Positions 11,801-24,698 are shown, counted from the whole stretch's first letter. The stretch: DNA of 58,403 nt, filler included, from Sphacelaria rigidula (GCA_964200075.2; 8 parts of 8 records of this genome joined end to end with filler, not necessarily neighbours in it); one strand, 5' to 3'. Made by a program: numbers and translations. Notes: generated by a model from the sequence alone, not told the origin.

Positions 11801-13388
11801 CGCGTCAACAGACGTCGCGCCTGGCGCTGCTGCTGGTGTCGCCGCTGGCACCACCACCGGGGCTGGCGCAGTGTTCGACTCTGTAGAAGTCGGGCCCACC
11901 TGCACCGCCCGCTGCGGGGCAGCAGCACCTACGGCGGCGCCGGACCCGGAGTCAGGCCCATGCTGCCCCTGCTGCCCCTGCTGCTGCTGGTTCTGCTGCT
12001 GCTGCGGCTGCTGCGGCTGCGGGCTCGCTTGTGACCCTCCGTCGCCGGAGGGTCCGCCGCCGCCACCACGATTACCTCGCCTTTTGCCCTTGTGCTGACG
12101 ATGCTGATGGCGCGCGGCACTAGACTGCCCAGACTCTCCACCGGAAGACGCTGGGCAATCGCGCGCGTAATGGTCGACCTGGCCACAGCGGTGACAAGTA
12201 ATACTCGCGGCGCGATCAGCCGATTTCGAGCCAAGGTTGCGCGAAGATTTCGGCGAAGAGGTGGACAACTGGCCGAACACCTCTATTTTTCTCCACTCCT
12301 TGGCCTCGGCCACGACGGTGCTCATCACCAGGTACGAGTCGTCCTTTTAATCTGATTGGTGCTGCAGCTTGACAAGCATAGCTTGCTTGAAATTTTTCGG
12401 TGTCAACCCCTCCACCAAAGCCTTAGTGATTACTGCTGCCGGGCCAGGAATGGACTCACCATCGGGGAAACAATATACTAGTTCTACGTTCGAATTTTCC
12501 GTGAAGTACTTCTCCAAATTAGCCGAGATGAGCTCCACACGCTCCAACATCCTTCCTCCCCGAGAATCCATTGCGACAGCTTTCGCCACGACCGCGGACG
12601 CTTGGGTCAGATCCACCTCGGCGCCCGCCGCATGCCCTGCATACTTCTTGATCGCCGCCACCAATTGCGGTGAGGTGATGGTGCTCTCGTTATGTTCCAA
12701 ACGAGCGAACACTCTCTGTACATGAGTCGGTACTTGTTGAGCCATAGTCCCCACCTGAGGCCGCACGGCACCCCCTGCATTAGCGTGCTCTACACGCCTC
12801 TTGTACTTCAAGTATTTTGTATAAAAAGTGCGAGATGCACTCTCTGAGTACCTGCCCCCGTATTGGGGAGGTCGCAATTCTTCCCGCATGACCACGGGTG
12901 TCACTGTGGACGTACCTCGTGAGCCGGTAGCCATAGCTGTAGCTGTAACCGGCTACCTGCGAACCTCTGCAGGCCAGCGGACCTTCGCGAATTTCACTTC
13001 CCTCGCTTCGCCGCCGCACCACACAGTCGTAGGAGCCTCCAAACACCCGCTGCACGCAGCTTCAGCAAGTCTCCAGTCTGGATCAATCACAGGCCAGCAG
13101 CCTTTCTGCAGCTGCCTCAGCTGGAACCCTCTCCACGCGTCCGTGGGTTATCAGGTTTCCACAGCTACCAAACTCCTTCCGCCGGATTCCTTTCAGGGGA
13201 TTTCTAGCACTAACACCAGCACTAGCGCAAATATCGATATTGTGACGCCCGCCAGTGGAAGCACTGTTGGATCACTGCTGTTGAGAGACTCCCCAGTCTT
13301 ACTGGCCTCAGTCTCAGTTTTCAGCCTTTACAATATTCTCATTATTCAGGAGTGATCTTCCAGGGCACCAGCTAGACCTGCAGGTACC
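8840..13388 (-). mobile_element. Decayed Ty3/Gypsy LTR retrotransposon (gag-PR-RT-RNaseH-integrase zinc finger), 3'-truncated
   Basis: Gag-like ORF 12934-12347; CCHC knuckle CHRCGQVDHYARDC and protease VLDSGA in 12328-11255; RT motifs WSSPAMAVP...FRVVSDY, PQGVLNA, WVDD; RNaseH MFPDASECHWG; integrase HHCC H-x5-H...CLHC at ~8870-8980; multiple frameshifts and stops. Confidence 0.95.
10388..10640. mobile_element. GAG-ended MITE (Sola2-like termini), copy B, inserted in the Gypsy RT
   Basis: TIRs gagcaatgctacgacaggggttgcacttttt / aaaaagtgcaaccctaccgtagcatcactc; TSD accc; removing it restores RT reading EKSPG|VMPNQESDIRDLLSARFFGKLD. Confidence 0.85.
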
Positions 13389-13389
13389 A

Positions 13390-14021
13390 TATCCGTGTCC
13401 CCGGTGTAATGCGTGAGAGGACCACGTGCTTAGAGGACCGCGCCGTAGTTCAAAATACCTCAGGATCGACGTTTTCCAAAACCAATCGTGTCAGTCCCTG
13501 CAAGTACCACACCCCTGACCCAAACCCCAACACTAACCCTAACCCTAACCCTAACCATAGGGTTGTTCAAATTCCGATGCGGTGCTCTAAGCACGCGATC
13601 CTCTCACGCATTACACCCGGTCATTATCCAGAACCCTCCAGAATCTCCGTTCCCCTAGTCATTATCCATCTCATCACTATCAACACGCCTCGCCAAACGT
13701 GCTCGGACTACCGCTAGGAACTCGGGGTACACGACACGGAGCATGATTCCGTGAATGCAATCATGGTAAGAGTAGTCATGGCAAGTGATTACCTTGGGGG
13801 GATGGCGTGTCCGATATCTCATCGGTCTCCATGCCGAGGGTCTCTGTACACGGCAGCTGACCGCATCTGCCAAGCCTTCGGCAATAAATTAGGGGACAAC
13901 AAGCTGGTCCCCCCCCCTACGTACAGCCTGGTCCGGCGAGAACCCAGCGTGCTCCGTCCCGGCTTTGTAAGGGTGGACCCCCGATGGGGTTGGCGTCGGT
14001 TGGCGATGACGCTATAGAACA
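13390..14021 (-). repeat. Candidate 5' LTR of the Gypsy element, followed by a putative PBS (TGGTACCTGCAGG, 13389-13377)
   Basis: Starts TGTTCTATAG on the minus strand where it interrupts a LINE fragment; ends just before a TGG-initiated motif upstream of gag; no second LTR available for confirmation. Confidence 0.4.
13405..13615 (+). mobile_element. Telomeric-repeat MITE, copy 3
   Basis: TGTAATGCGTGAGAGGACCACGTGCTTAGAGGACCGC...GCGGTGCTCTAAGCACGCGATCCTCTCACGCATTACA; internal ctaa(ccctaa)3; perfect 5-bp TSD cccgg. Confidence 0.93.
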
Positions 14022-14049
14022 CGCCACTCACTGCGCAAGCTATCATCTT

Positions 14050-14427
14050 GGGTGTGTACTCGTCTTCCCAGATCCCGTTATACAGCATAACCATCATGGT
14101 GATCATTCCCTCTCCCCCGTACTTTGGAAATGCATTCACTATTTCGTCTGCCCCTGCTACCTTTCTGTTCTTGAGTTAACCTGCGCACTCCTTTTCTCCA
14201 CCTCTGGTAAGCTCTCTCTGCAATTGTTGCGAGCCACTATCCTCCCGTTTTGACGCCTCTACATTCGCCTCTGCCCACGCGTTAATCTCTTTCTCGAATT
14301 CTATGTTGAACTCCGTGTTTGTTCTTGGCGTTCCTAGTTTACGGTAGTGCTCGACCAGCACTTCTCTCTTCCCCTTCGAACTACTGACCATTTTACCGTT
14401 CTGTGCCCGGGGTGTAGCTATCCCCTT
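14050..14427 (-). mobile_element. Non-LTR retrotransposon (LINE) ORF2 fragment, region just upstream of the RT domain
   Basis: EVLVEHYRKLGTP...ELTR and ADEIVNAFPKYGGEGMITMMVMLYNGIWEDEYTPK resemble the LINE pre-RT G-x-D...E-x-x-K-x-GG...P-x-x-W segment. Confidence 0.8.
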
Positions 14428-14527
14428 TGTAATGCGTGAGAGGACCGCGTGCTCCGAGGACAGCATCGGAATTTGGACATCCCCATGGTTAGGGTTAGGG
14501 TCAGGGTTAGTGTTGGGGTTATGGGAT
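14428..14527 (-). mobile_element. Telomeric-repeat MITE, copy 4 (cut by contig end)
   Basis: TGTAATGCGTGAGAGGACCGCGTGCT TIR followed by ggttagggttagggtcagggttag; the contig ends inside the telomeric tract. Confidence 0.88.
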
Positions 14528-14902
14528 NNNNNNNNNNNNNNNNNNNNNNNNNNNNNNNNNNNNNNNNNNNNTTAATTAATTAANNNNNNNNNNNNNNNNN
14601 NNNNNNNNNNNNNNNNNNNNNNNNNNNGGGAATTCCCACGTTTGGGTTCGTTCTAGCCAATGCCGCCAATATGAGGCGCTTCATGCAACCTGAACCCGAA
14701 CATCAGGCGCTGTATCGCTATTTTTTTCGTGACACTTTTGAGCTGGTTTTGGGGGGGGGGGCTATCGTAGAAAGTGTCACCTTAGACCACCCAACCACTC
14801 CGGTATTTGGTGTATACTTCGAAGTATGCTGCCTGTGTTGAGATGAAGTCGTGCGCAAAGTTTCAGCCGTGAGTAAGGAGCCACGCGGTGGAGATATACG
14901 CA

Positions 14903-15216
14903 TGCAAGGTTCCAGACGTCGGACGAGTCATAACTCGTCGAAACGAGCCCACTCATGGATGTTTTTGAAGACACCACGAGCATCGCATGACTCGTGTGCT
15001 CGATTCATCAAATTTTTCACCACGAGCAATGAATCGTTGCTCGAATCATTAATTTTTATTCACAACGAGCGATGACGCATGTGTTCGCCCTATTTTTTTC
15101 CACAACGAGCCATGACTCGAGTGCTCGCCCTATTAATTTTTGCGGCTAACGAGCAGCCCAACGAGTGCGCGTGCAACGAGTCCTACTCGTACTCGCCCGA
15201 CGTGTGAAAACTTCTG
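14903..15216. mobile_element. Degenerate hAT-like MITE
   Basis: Imperfect TIRs (aaggttccagacgtcggacgagt vs reverse complement aagttttcacacgtcgggcgagt); 8-bp TSD tatacgca / tatacgta; internal cacaacgagc...tgactcg subrepeats. Confidence 0.55.
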
Positions 15217-16197
15217 TATACGTACGGAAACCATAACTAATGCTTCACAGTCTCGCACAGATGCACGTACACCTCAACATGTCCTCTCGAGACTGACAGC
15301 AGCTCTGGTGCCTCTCGAAACAATATTCTACATCTGTCTCGCTTCAACAAGTTTTAATGGTCCTAATGATTGCGTGAGTAGGTCCTATATCTGTCCGTAA
15401 AAATTTCCTCTGCAGTGCCATCATACAAGTACGTTATATTCGATCAAATGTCTGATGTAGTGATACTTCACGCATATGTGCCTTGTCCGCGGATAGTAAC
15501 GTTCCGTTGTCGCTAATTTGAGAGCCCCAGTGTCGTCCTCATGAACTGTTGTTGCCTTAATCTGTTCGAATCCAGCGGACGACAGCAAGTCCCGGAAGTA
15601 TACACACTCGTGTCCCGCTTTGGACAGTGCTACATATTCTGATTCCACTGTGGACAACGTAACATTTGTCTGCCCTTCCTTGTGATTTTCAATACAAAGG
15701 GCCACCAGCGAAGTAGAATACGTATCCGGTTGTCGAAAAACCTTCATCAGGGTCTACAGCGTAATCGGCGTCTACGTATCCTATCAGCTTGTCGTCGTTA
15801 CCATCTCTACACTTCCCGTACGTGGTACGAAGCTCTGTAGTACCTCGTAGATATATCAACAGCCTTCTCAGCTTTGTCATAGCACGCTTCCCTGGAGATG
15901 ACATGCTTCTTGATATTATAATCGCGATTTTAAGGTCCGGTCGTGTACAACAACTCATGAACAGCAATGGTCCCGTCGCATCTCTGGAGTAAGTTGTACT
16001 TTCTGGTGCCAATACATACTTTTCCTTGACACGTATTTGTTTTACTTCGGCAGGAGTCCTCATCAAGTTCGCATCTTGCATACCGCGAATGTCCAGGACC
16101 CATCTCGCATACGTCTCCTGGGATGATTCGATTGTCCCCGCCGAGTCGTCTCGTTTGATAGCCAGTCCGAGTAGAAACGTGGCAGGTCCCAGATTCA

Positions 16198-17161
16198 TAG
16201 GGCCGTGAACTGGACCAGTTTATACTGTCCACTCAACTGGAGCTGGAGTTGAACTGGAAGTGGCGATGAGGGCGCTAGTTAATCCAGTTTATTTGGGTTT
16301 TACCGTTACCTGCTTTTTGTATAGCAATTTAAGCATGTTGGCTTTACAACGAAGATGCTTACACCATCATGTATGATTTCCCTGTAAGATTGAAGCCTGC
16401 ACTTTGCAGTTGCTGTGGAATACGGGGTATCAGTTGAGATGGAGGGCCCTTCGAAGGCGTCGGCGGAAATCGTTCGCGTAAAAACAAATGACGCGTGACG
16501 CAGCGGTGCACAGCTTCATGCCTGGTCTTCCATGTTTCGGTCGACTTGTACTGTAACAGCATAGGTCTGGCGTTCTGTGGTAGTACCATAGCACACAAAG
16601 AACGGGTTTGCTCCGGTCTCGTCACTAGCTGACTACGTTAGGTGTTTCCTGTTTTTTTGTTTGTCGCGTCTGCTTCGTTGGTACTTCGTGGTTCTGCAGT
16701 TTCACATTTTTTTTCTGCCGTAGCTTGTAGGTCGACGGCCGGTCCGTCGAATGAAGAAGATGGAAAAAAAAGGAATTGTGATTAATGTACCGCGGGACGC
16801 TTGATGCGGAACTGTCAACCGCCAAACCTCATTTGTCAGTTAGTTGCCAAGTGCATGATGAGCGTTTACAACATGATGCGGCACATGCGCATTACACCTC
16901 CAAGGGATGTAGCAGATATTTGCCAAGGTTTGTGGTTTCAATGCACATCCGAAGACAAACGTAACAGACGGTAACCCGCGACCACGAAGTACAAAATTTA
17001 CCATGGGTTGCCATTCAACTGCGGGCGTGTTTGTCAGCCTGGGCGTAAACAATTTTGCGCTCTTATTCCCACGAGCTGCCAGCCGTGCCTTCCTTACTCC
17101 CACCCTCCGCTCCTCACGAACAGTCTGCTACTACATTCTACAGATCAATGTTCTCAATCAG

Positions 17162-17192
<31 letters not shown>

Positions 17193-17479
17193 ATCGCTAA
17201 CCGCTTTAAATGGAATTCAAATGTCATCTACGTCTGATGGCTCCTCAACGGGAGGTATCACTTTTCTTACAACCATCCACATTTTTAATGGAAAAAAGGC
17301 CAAACCACGCAATATTTCATGCCTCTGGCGGCGCTCCCGCGAGACCCCCTCACCAGCCGGGGAAGGCCGTTGCACCGCTCGCGGCATATATATATGCAAC
17401 TGGAAAAAACATGAATGTGCTGGCCGCTGGCGCGGCCAGTTTAAACTTAACTGGTCAGAGCTGCCAATTCACGGCCCTA
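16198..17479. mobile_element. Non-autonomous hAT DNA transposon (1282 bp)
   Basis: TIR TAGGGCCGTGAA(C/T)TGG; perfect 8-bp TSD cagattca (16190-16197, 17480-17487); excision restores the Copia RT frame; subterminal aactgg/ccagtt motifs. Confidence 0.93.
17162..17192. repeat. (ACA)n microsatellite
   Basis: About 10 ACA units. Confidence 0.9.
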
Positions 17480-18149
17480 CAGATTCACCATTTCAAACCG
17501 ATGCATCACTTGTCTTTTGGTTCGTTTGATCTTTGCAGTACCTTTGCCTAATAGCAGGACATCATCAACATATAACATCTGCATCACATCTTCGTCATCG
17601 AGAACACATAAACACGCGTCGGCGGGACTGGAGATAGACCCCCGTGTGAGTAAAAAAGAGTGAGTAGTCTCCCACCAGCCGCAGCACGTGACGAGTCCGG
17701 CAAATTCGGCTTCGAAAACCTTGCTCGTCGGCCGACAGCATTCTTGAATATGCAGCTGGGACGTTGTTTGAAACAATCTTCGAAGATAAGGAGCGAGAGT
17801 GCGCTCGCTCCGGTCTGCATTCGCTAGATTACTGTAGGGTGACCCAACACAGAGGGGATCGGTACTCTTCTATGATGCTCCCAACCCACCCGCTATTGTG
17901 GTCGCCATTGATAGCTTCCGAGTAATTTTTCGGGCCCATTCTTGTAAACCCATCCTCTTATCTTGCTTTCTCGTTTGGTAGCCCGGTCACAACCGAACTT
18001 GACCTTTGTTAAGATACTGGTTGGCTGCTAAGATAATCAGCCAGCGCTGACTGAATAGCTCAGCAGTCAACGGTTATCTCAACATCACACACTGTATAAC
18101 GCTGTACGAGCTGGTTCAGATTGAACGCCCAAAATTCATACCCCAGGAT

Positions 18150-19200
18150 TTCCTTACGCCGTTTTTTCGAGTTATACCACGAAAATGTGCACACATGTTC
18201 TTGAGGGCACTATCTGAAACTCGAAGATCTTTTTTTTATTTATTTATTTTGGTGTCGAGATAGTCAGGATCTGAACCCTCCCCCGGTCAAGTGGGTCAAC
18301 CGCGACCTTGGATAAAAGGCCACAAAAAAAAGAAACGGTCTTCGAGTTTTAGATAGTGCCCTTCAGAACACGTGTGAAAATTTCCGTGGTCTAACTCGAA
18401 AAAACGGCGTGAGGGAATGCCAAAACGTGCGCTGAAGTATGAAAAATCTGCGTGCCCCCCTAATTACTTGATAAAAGTATACTTTGGACGTTTTTTGACG
18501 TTGTTGTTACGGCAGACGACCCTGCCGTGTCAGTCTTTTATGCTATCCCATCAAACGTGGCACGAATGTTCCTTGGGGATCAGAAAAGCGCGTGAACGTT
18601 TTTTTTTTTGCGGAAGAGGTTCTTGTACCGGCTTTCGGGGGTCCTCAGTCCGGAACCCCCGGAAGCCGGTCAAGGACGCACCTGTGCCCGTCGAAACACC
18701 TCCCAAATGTTTTTTCGTACTTTGCTGCGTCAACATCTACCAAGTTGCCAAGTTTGAAAAAGATTGAATCCTTCCTCGGGGAGATATAAACGGAAACGTT
18801 GGCGCCGGCTCTCCGTTCTTTGGCCCTTGTATTTACAGGAAATTAGACGTCGTTCTTACCGAAATATTAGGGCGTAACTCCACGCCAGGACAACTGTTTT
18901 CATTTTTTTTTTCTTAGGTTTCCTGGAGAACAGCTACTGCTGTGATACAAAAAATGTGGAGATTGAGCAGTATGTTGGGTTGAAAACTCGTATTTTTAGT
19001 TCTAGACAGTTTGGAGGGCGCTGATTGGCCGAGACTATATTTTCGCCTATTGCTCCGTACCCAACCCCTAATTCCGAAAACAGAGGATATCACCCTGTTG
19101 TGTTGCTCGTGGGAAACACTACGATATCGGTTTCGTGAAAGTTGAGCTTGTATTGCGTTCGTTATCAGTCGGGGAATGAATTTGGGCAATTCAATCTGAA
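18150..19200. repeat. Dispersed repeat with an internal ~80-bp inverted repeat (18151-18230 / 18337-18417); related to 41955-43300
   Basis: Shared motifs tgccaagtttg...agatataa..gaaa, ggaaattagacg and aggcgctgattggycgagac in both regions. Confidence 0.6.
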
Positions 19201-21109
19201 CCAGCTTGTATATAATCGCGTGTTGAACGCCGGCCTCCCACTGCCGTGTCCACATCACACATGGCAGTCAAACCAGTACGCCAGATTGCAGACGTATCTC
19301 GTTGCCACATCGATATAGATTTCAAGTTGTGAGGGTTGGGAGGTGCTACAGAAGTACCACGATCGCACGCTGTGACATCAGATATGATACCAGAAACACA
19401 CCTGCGTTGCTGTAGGACGGCACAGCATGAGAACCGCACGATGGAAGTCACGTTGGATCAAAAGTATTGATGTCCAATACTCTATCCACCCTCCCTCCGA
19501 GACGTTTGCTCACGGTATATGTGACGGGTCCCCAAGGTTCACTCGTGCGATGGAACGTCTGGGTGTCTACTTGAATGCTGGTCGGGGTAGTCTGAACGTG
19601 ACATACTGCACCAAAAACCCGAGGTTAAAAATGCCACGAGATCCGTGTCGCAGTAACACCCTGTAAACTATAAATGCCGAAGATGGCATGCATCTAGCTA
19701 CCTTTCTGATGTTTCTGGTGATGCTTGCGGCTTTTGAAGGAATTGAGGACGTCTACTCGAGGGTTTGTGCAGAAGAGACCTCCACGTGAATCCTTGACGC
19801 AGACGCTCGTATTTTGAACAGAACAAACAGCTGACACTTTGCGCCCATCTATCGTTATTCCGTGTCCTTCGGACAGGTAGGTAGCAAAGCATCTGCATCA
19901 CTAGGGCGGCCGTCCCGTCCGATACATGCCGCAGCCGCGGTTGTGAGTGTATCTCAACAGACGGACTCCGAACCTACAGTACCGGTAGAAGATCTGAGCG
20001 GTAGAAAATCTGAGGAGATTCGCCGGGGGCCACGTCGGCCGTCAAAGCGCAGGGCGAAAGGAGCCCATGTCCCTGGTAGCACACGGCGATTGCACTTGCA
20101 GGTGACTCGGGGGCGCCCAAGCCCGACCGCTGATGGCGCAGTCGTAGAAAACAAGGGGTAATGGAGGAACGTGACGACCGGCGGGAATGACGATCAGGCG
20201 GGAATGACACGATCTGCCTGGGAAGTCTCGAGTACGCTTCGGGACAACCCACAAGGTAGTTATCGCCATCGAATCGGCGGATAATAGTTCTCAACCAAGT
20301 GGGCAGCACCCCGCGAAGGCGAGGGAGCTGCCGCCAGCAGACCCGTGGAGGTGGAGGATTGGACGCCATGCTTCAAGGTGGGCAAAAGATGCCCCCCCCT
20401 ACCCCCCCCCCCCCCCCACTTTGTTGGAATATATATATAGCTGCCGTGGCTTGTGTACAAATACACAACGTTCGACTGTCAACTTGACAGGAACAATCGG
20501 TTCAACTGGTGAACCCAGCTCTGACACGAGAGCTCGCAGAGGCTGCACATTGTTGGTTAAACACGTGCTTGTGCAATGAGAAAAATATGGTTTAAACTTG
20601 GCGCTTCATCCGGCCGTTACTCGAATCAAACACAATCAGTCTCTACTCCATAGAACACTGATGATAAGCTGGTAGGCTTACTTGAGGTGAGTCGCTTCGT
20701 AGAGTAATACCGCAGGGCTATTTCACTCTCTCGACATAACGCTTGGACTCTGTAAAACTGTTTGTCCAAACTGTTGACACCTTGGACTCTTCGTACTCAA
20801 CCCTTCAATATTCTGATAATGGAGAGTTTCGGAAGATGTTTCTTTCTATCATAGAGTCAGAGTCCAGAGTGGAAGCTTCGAATTTTCATAGCGGACGTTA
20901 AAAAGTTCATAGCGGAAGCTGATGTGACGTGGCTTGACGTGATTCCTTTTTGTCGCAGTGATTGGTCGCAGGTTGCCCCGCCAAATGTACGATCCACCAG
21001 CGTTCACTTCGAAAGTGCGTAGACCGCCACAACACCAGCTACTTTTTCGTACACTGTGGCACCGTACGCACTATACACCACGCCTTTTCACTGCGCCTGC
21101 AGTACTTCA

Positions 21110-21510
21110 AACCACTAGGGCGCACTGCAGGGCACTGTAGTGCTGTAGTGCTCTAGTTCTGTGCGGCGTGGAGTACAGTGCAGTACAGAGAGTGCAATAC
21201 AGAACCCCACAACAGTGCATTGCGATGCTGTGAACTATTATACTGTACAGTAATACGGTACAGAGAGTCAGTTGTACAACCAGTAGTGCAGACAGTACGG
21301 TACGCAGCACTTTCAAACAGCAGACCCCGGCCGCATTGCGATGATTTTTCCACATGCCACCCATAACGGAGGTGCAAGACGTCACGATCTCTCACGGGAT
21401 GGAAATACAGCCAGCTGTAGTACCGCTTGTGCGCTGTAGACTACGAGTCGTTCCCACCGTCTTCTTCCAGCTGAAGCTGGCAAGAATGAGGAACTGCACC
21501 CAACGCCACG
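21110..21510. repeat. Dispersed repeat, second copy at ~39290-39690
   Basis: Both have a tacag/ctgta low-complexity tract followed by gccgcattgcgatgatttt...ccgtcttc..ccagctga.gctggca...cccaacgc. Confidence 0.75.
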
Positions 21511-22166
21511 TGTACCTGTCCAGCACTTGAATTTCCACGCCACACAACCAAGCGGATTGCTGATACTATGGCGGCGTCAGGGAGATCTTCCGATTGCGAT
21601 GCCAAGCTCTTCTACTTCGTGAACGGCCCACTTGATGAGTATGAAAGTTCTGATGGATGATAAATGTCCCACTCCGCTTGTTCGGGTGTATTGACTTTGG
21701 ACTGGACGTGACCATGGTGGTGAAGATGGGCGTGGTTTGCTTTTGGCTCAAGAATTATGGATTATTTGGGATGTAGAGAAAATACGTAAGACTAACACGA
21801 ACAAAACTGCGAGACAAAAAAAATCACGCTCTCGCAGTTGNNNNNNNNNNNNNNNNNNNNNNNNNNNNNNNNNNNNNNNNNNNNTTAATTAATTAANNNN
21901 NNNNNNNNNNNNNNNNNNNNNNNNNNNNNNNNNNNNNNNNAACTTCAACAATCGACCAGCGGCGGTGCCGTGCATTACCAGGTTGGTCTGAAGTTCACAG
22001 CGATATGCTCAAGTCGGGCTGATTTGGTAAATTTGACGAGTTATGGTTGGAGATGCAAATGCGGCAGTTACTGCTGGCCCAGCCTGTACATGAAAACCAA
22101 ACATTGGCTAGTGAGTGAGTGGCCTGGGAAATACTGCTCCGAATTGATACCGACCCGGTTTTGAAA

Positions 22167-22427
22167 AGGCGAATTCGCCGGCAAACGTTCAGAGTTGGAG
22201 CGTAGAATTTGGTATGGACAATGCATAGGGCATGAAAAAAATAATTACGAGTGTACCAAAAGTTTTTTTCACGAGTTAAGGGCAATAATCAGTTTTCAGG
22301 TACCAGCAAAATGCCCTTAACTCGTGAAAAAAAAAAATTGGTACACTCGTAATTTTTTTCATTCCCTCTGCATTGTCCATACCAAATTTCAGGTTCCAAC
22401 TCTAAACATTGGCCGGCTAATGGGCCT
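22167..22427. repeat. Foldback/MITE-like inverted repeat, ~117-bp arms and ~27-bp loop
   Basis: ttggtatggacaatgca...gagtgtaccaa...cacgagttaagggca pairs with tgcccttaactcgtg...ttggtacactc...tgcattgtccataccaa. Confidence 0.8.
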
Positions 22428-23097
22428 GCAAACTACAAATCCGCTCTAGGCCGGCCCAGCTCGTAGTTATTCCCGAAAAAATCGGAGATTTCGGGTATAA
22501 AAATAGGCGCGTTAACAATACCCTTCAATCAGTAATAGTACGTACGTAAACACGCGCCCGACTAGTGTTGAAAAAAATACAAAAATGCACCTAGGGCCGA
22601 AACTCCTACGAGCACGGCGGCACGTGTACTGCGCCAAGTTGATGAGGGGCTTTGGGGGGAGGATCCCCCACACTGCCTGCAGCCACCGCTCGAGGCGCCT
22701 TCGCCACATGACTGCCGCGAGGTGTTCTAGCCCAGCCTTCGGGTAATCGGCACACGAACTCGCCTGCGAAACTCGCTTGCGGGAGTAAGTGTTGGGTTGG
22801 GTTTCTTCCTTCCGTCTAGGAAAAAAAACAATGCACCTTGGGTCGCGCCTCCCCTCGCGCCCCAGGACTTGAAGTATAGGGGTCAGCATCCCAACAATGA
22901 TACTTTCGATTGGAAAAATATTGTTTTCGGGGTTCAGGGTTCATCAAGAAAAAACACGGGTAGTTTTTCATTCCAAAACTTGAGGAATCGAAATATATTT
23001 GCACCTGACACAAATTTCTGGGGCGGGACGAAAATCGTTCCGCCCATCAATTGTAAACAACCTACGCACGGGGTAACCGATCGTCAGGATGGGAGAC

Positions 23098-23299
23098 GGG
23101 GGGTGTACTTATGATCATGTATGCTGTAGTCATAAGACCATCGACCTCGCATCCCTACAAAGACGGGACGGACCACGCCGGGTTTTCGCCGAACCAGGCT
23201 CGCACTCAATCACTACGCGCAAAGCGCCGTGGTGTGTTCAGCGAGTCGCATGAAGGATCAGCTTGGGGGGGAGGGTGGGGTTAAGGAGTATACAGCCCC
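23098..23299. repeat. High-copy short dispersed repeat; partial copies at 29079-29153 and 43706-43779, both at contig ends
   Basis: gggtgtact.atgatcatg.atg...tagtcat.agaccat.gacctcgcatccctacaaa is shared by three different contigs. Confidence 0.8.
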
Positions 23300-23673
23300 A
23301 GGTTCTCGCTCCTCAAAGTAGTATATTCGTAACGCACGACGGAACCAATCTTGATGGTCATGACGAACAATTATGTGGTTCAGTTTGTTAAACTTCTTGC
23401 TATTCATTTGTGTTACAGCAAAAAACAAAATGCGTGTTTTTGAACCAAAACCGGTCAAGTACAACGGCAGAGGGAAACATGATCAAGTGTGGTGCCGTAA
23501 CTCTAGCCCCAACTGTAACCCTACCGGCGTCCCAAAAACTAGTTCTACAGTACGTGGAATAATGGAAATGGTTCTGAAACATGATACCTGGTTTCAATAA
23601 CGCCATGCATGGTTCTACAGCACGAGATCTGGAGCTCTAATTCTACAGGCTGAAACGACTGCCTGTTCTGTAC

Positions 23674-24698
23674 AACGTTTCCACGGTTTGGACGAATAAA
23701 TCATCGCCAGTTTTGAATCACCAAATCTACGATTTTTCAGGCGTGATCGCTCGAAAAAGAGATGAAAAAAAAGTTGACTCCTGGTCAAGAAGGGCTCCAC
23801 GTAATATCTTCGCCATTCCACGTCCCTGGGCCGCGCGTACCTACCTGGGTTGCAACGCTGACAACAAAGCGAAAGGATTGATTCGCACGGTATGAATCAA
23901 TTACACTAAAATCAAGTAATTTCCAGACAAATCATCAAAACTTTTGCCCGACCCTTGAACGTTTCACGCGTCGGACAGCTCATGAGCTAGATCACTTGGC
24001 CCATTTCTACATACTTTGCTCCCGACAGAGCTGAACGGGGGTTCGATTCCCGATGCGTTGGGTATGATTTTCACCGGTGGGAAGCGTGAGAACGTGAGTA
24101 AACAAAGTAGGCCACTGGGTTTGTGTTACGTGAGTTGACGCGGTGCGGGAGTGCTGACCGAATCCGCGGGACCAAAATGAAAGGCGCGTACGGGGGGAGA
24201 GATGGGTTGATCCCTTGAGACCACGGACTTATCCCGAGGAAGGGGAGGGGTTCAAAGTGAGAGGGAAGAGAAAAAACAAAACCTGGACGTCGAGAACATG
24301 GGGTAACGCTACCCGCCACGGCTTCTCAGACCCTGTCACGTATTTCATGTTTTTCGACAACGGATCTAAGAGTCCTCTTCGATTAGCTATTTTGGGGTAG
24401 CTCATGTGCTGTCCAACGTGTGGAACGTTTCAAGGGTCGGACAAATCAATGATTCGTCCGGAAAATACTTGGTTTTAGTAAAACTGATTCGATTCGTACG
24501 AATCAATCTCTAGGCTTCGTTTTCAGCGTTGCAACCCAGGTACACGCAGCCCAGACACGTAGAATGGCGCAACAAGTTGCATGGATACCCCTTGGACCAG
24601 CGGTCAATTTTTTTTTCTCCCTTTTGGGCAATCAGGCCGAAGATATAATGGATTTGGTGATTCGTAGTCGTGATGATTCGTCCTAACCGTGGAACGTT
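23674..24698. mobile_element. Long-TIR (~310 bp) non-autonomous foldback element containing a truncated SINE-like insert (~24036-24340)
   Basis: 23674-23990 is the imperfect reverse complement of 24398-24698 (aacgtt(t)ccacgg termini); B-box ggttcgattccc at ~24039. Confidence 0.7.

Larger units (their letters stand above)
15421..17720 (-). mobile_element. Decayed Ty1/Copia RT-RNaseH fragment split by a hAT insertion
   Basis: ADACL...MLYVDDVLL (~17620-17555); FEMVNLGPATFLLGLAI across the insertion; TRPDL; GYVDADYA...STTGYVF; STVESEYVALS...EDDTGA...RTRHICVKYHYIR. Confidence 0.93.

Noticed and set aside
11871-12098. Cys-rich metallothionein-like ORF (CCPCCPCCCWFCCC)
   Set aside because: Antisense reading of the CAG/poly-Gln tract in the Gypsy gag.
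13409-13717. ORFs with PNPNPN repeats (also 3339-3743 and 36920-37774)
   Set aside because: Translation of CCCTAA repeats in the MITE; no sign of coding function.
14487-14527. TTAGGG repeats at a contig end suggesting a true telomere
   Set aside because: They are the interior of the MITE (TIR at 14428), short and degenerate.
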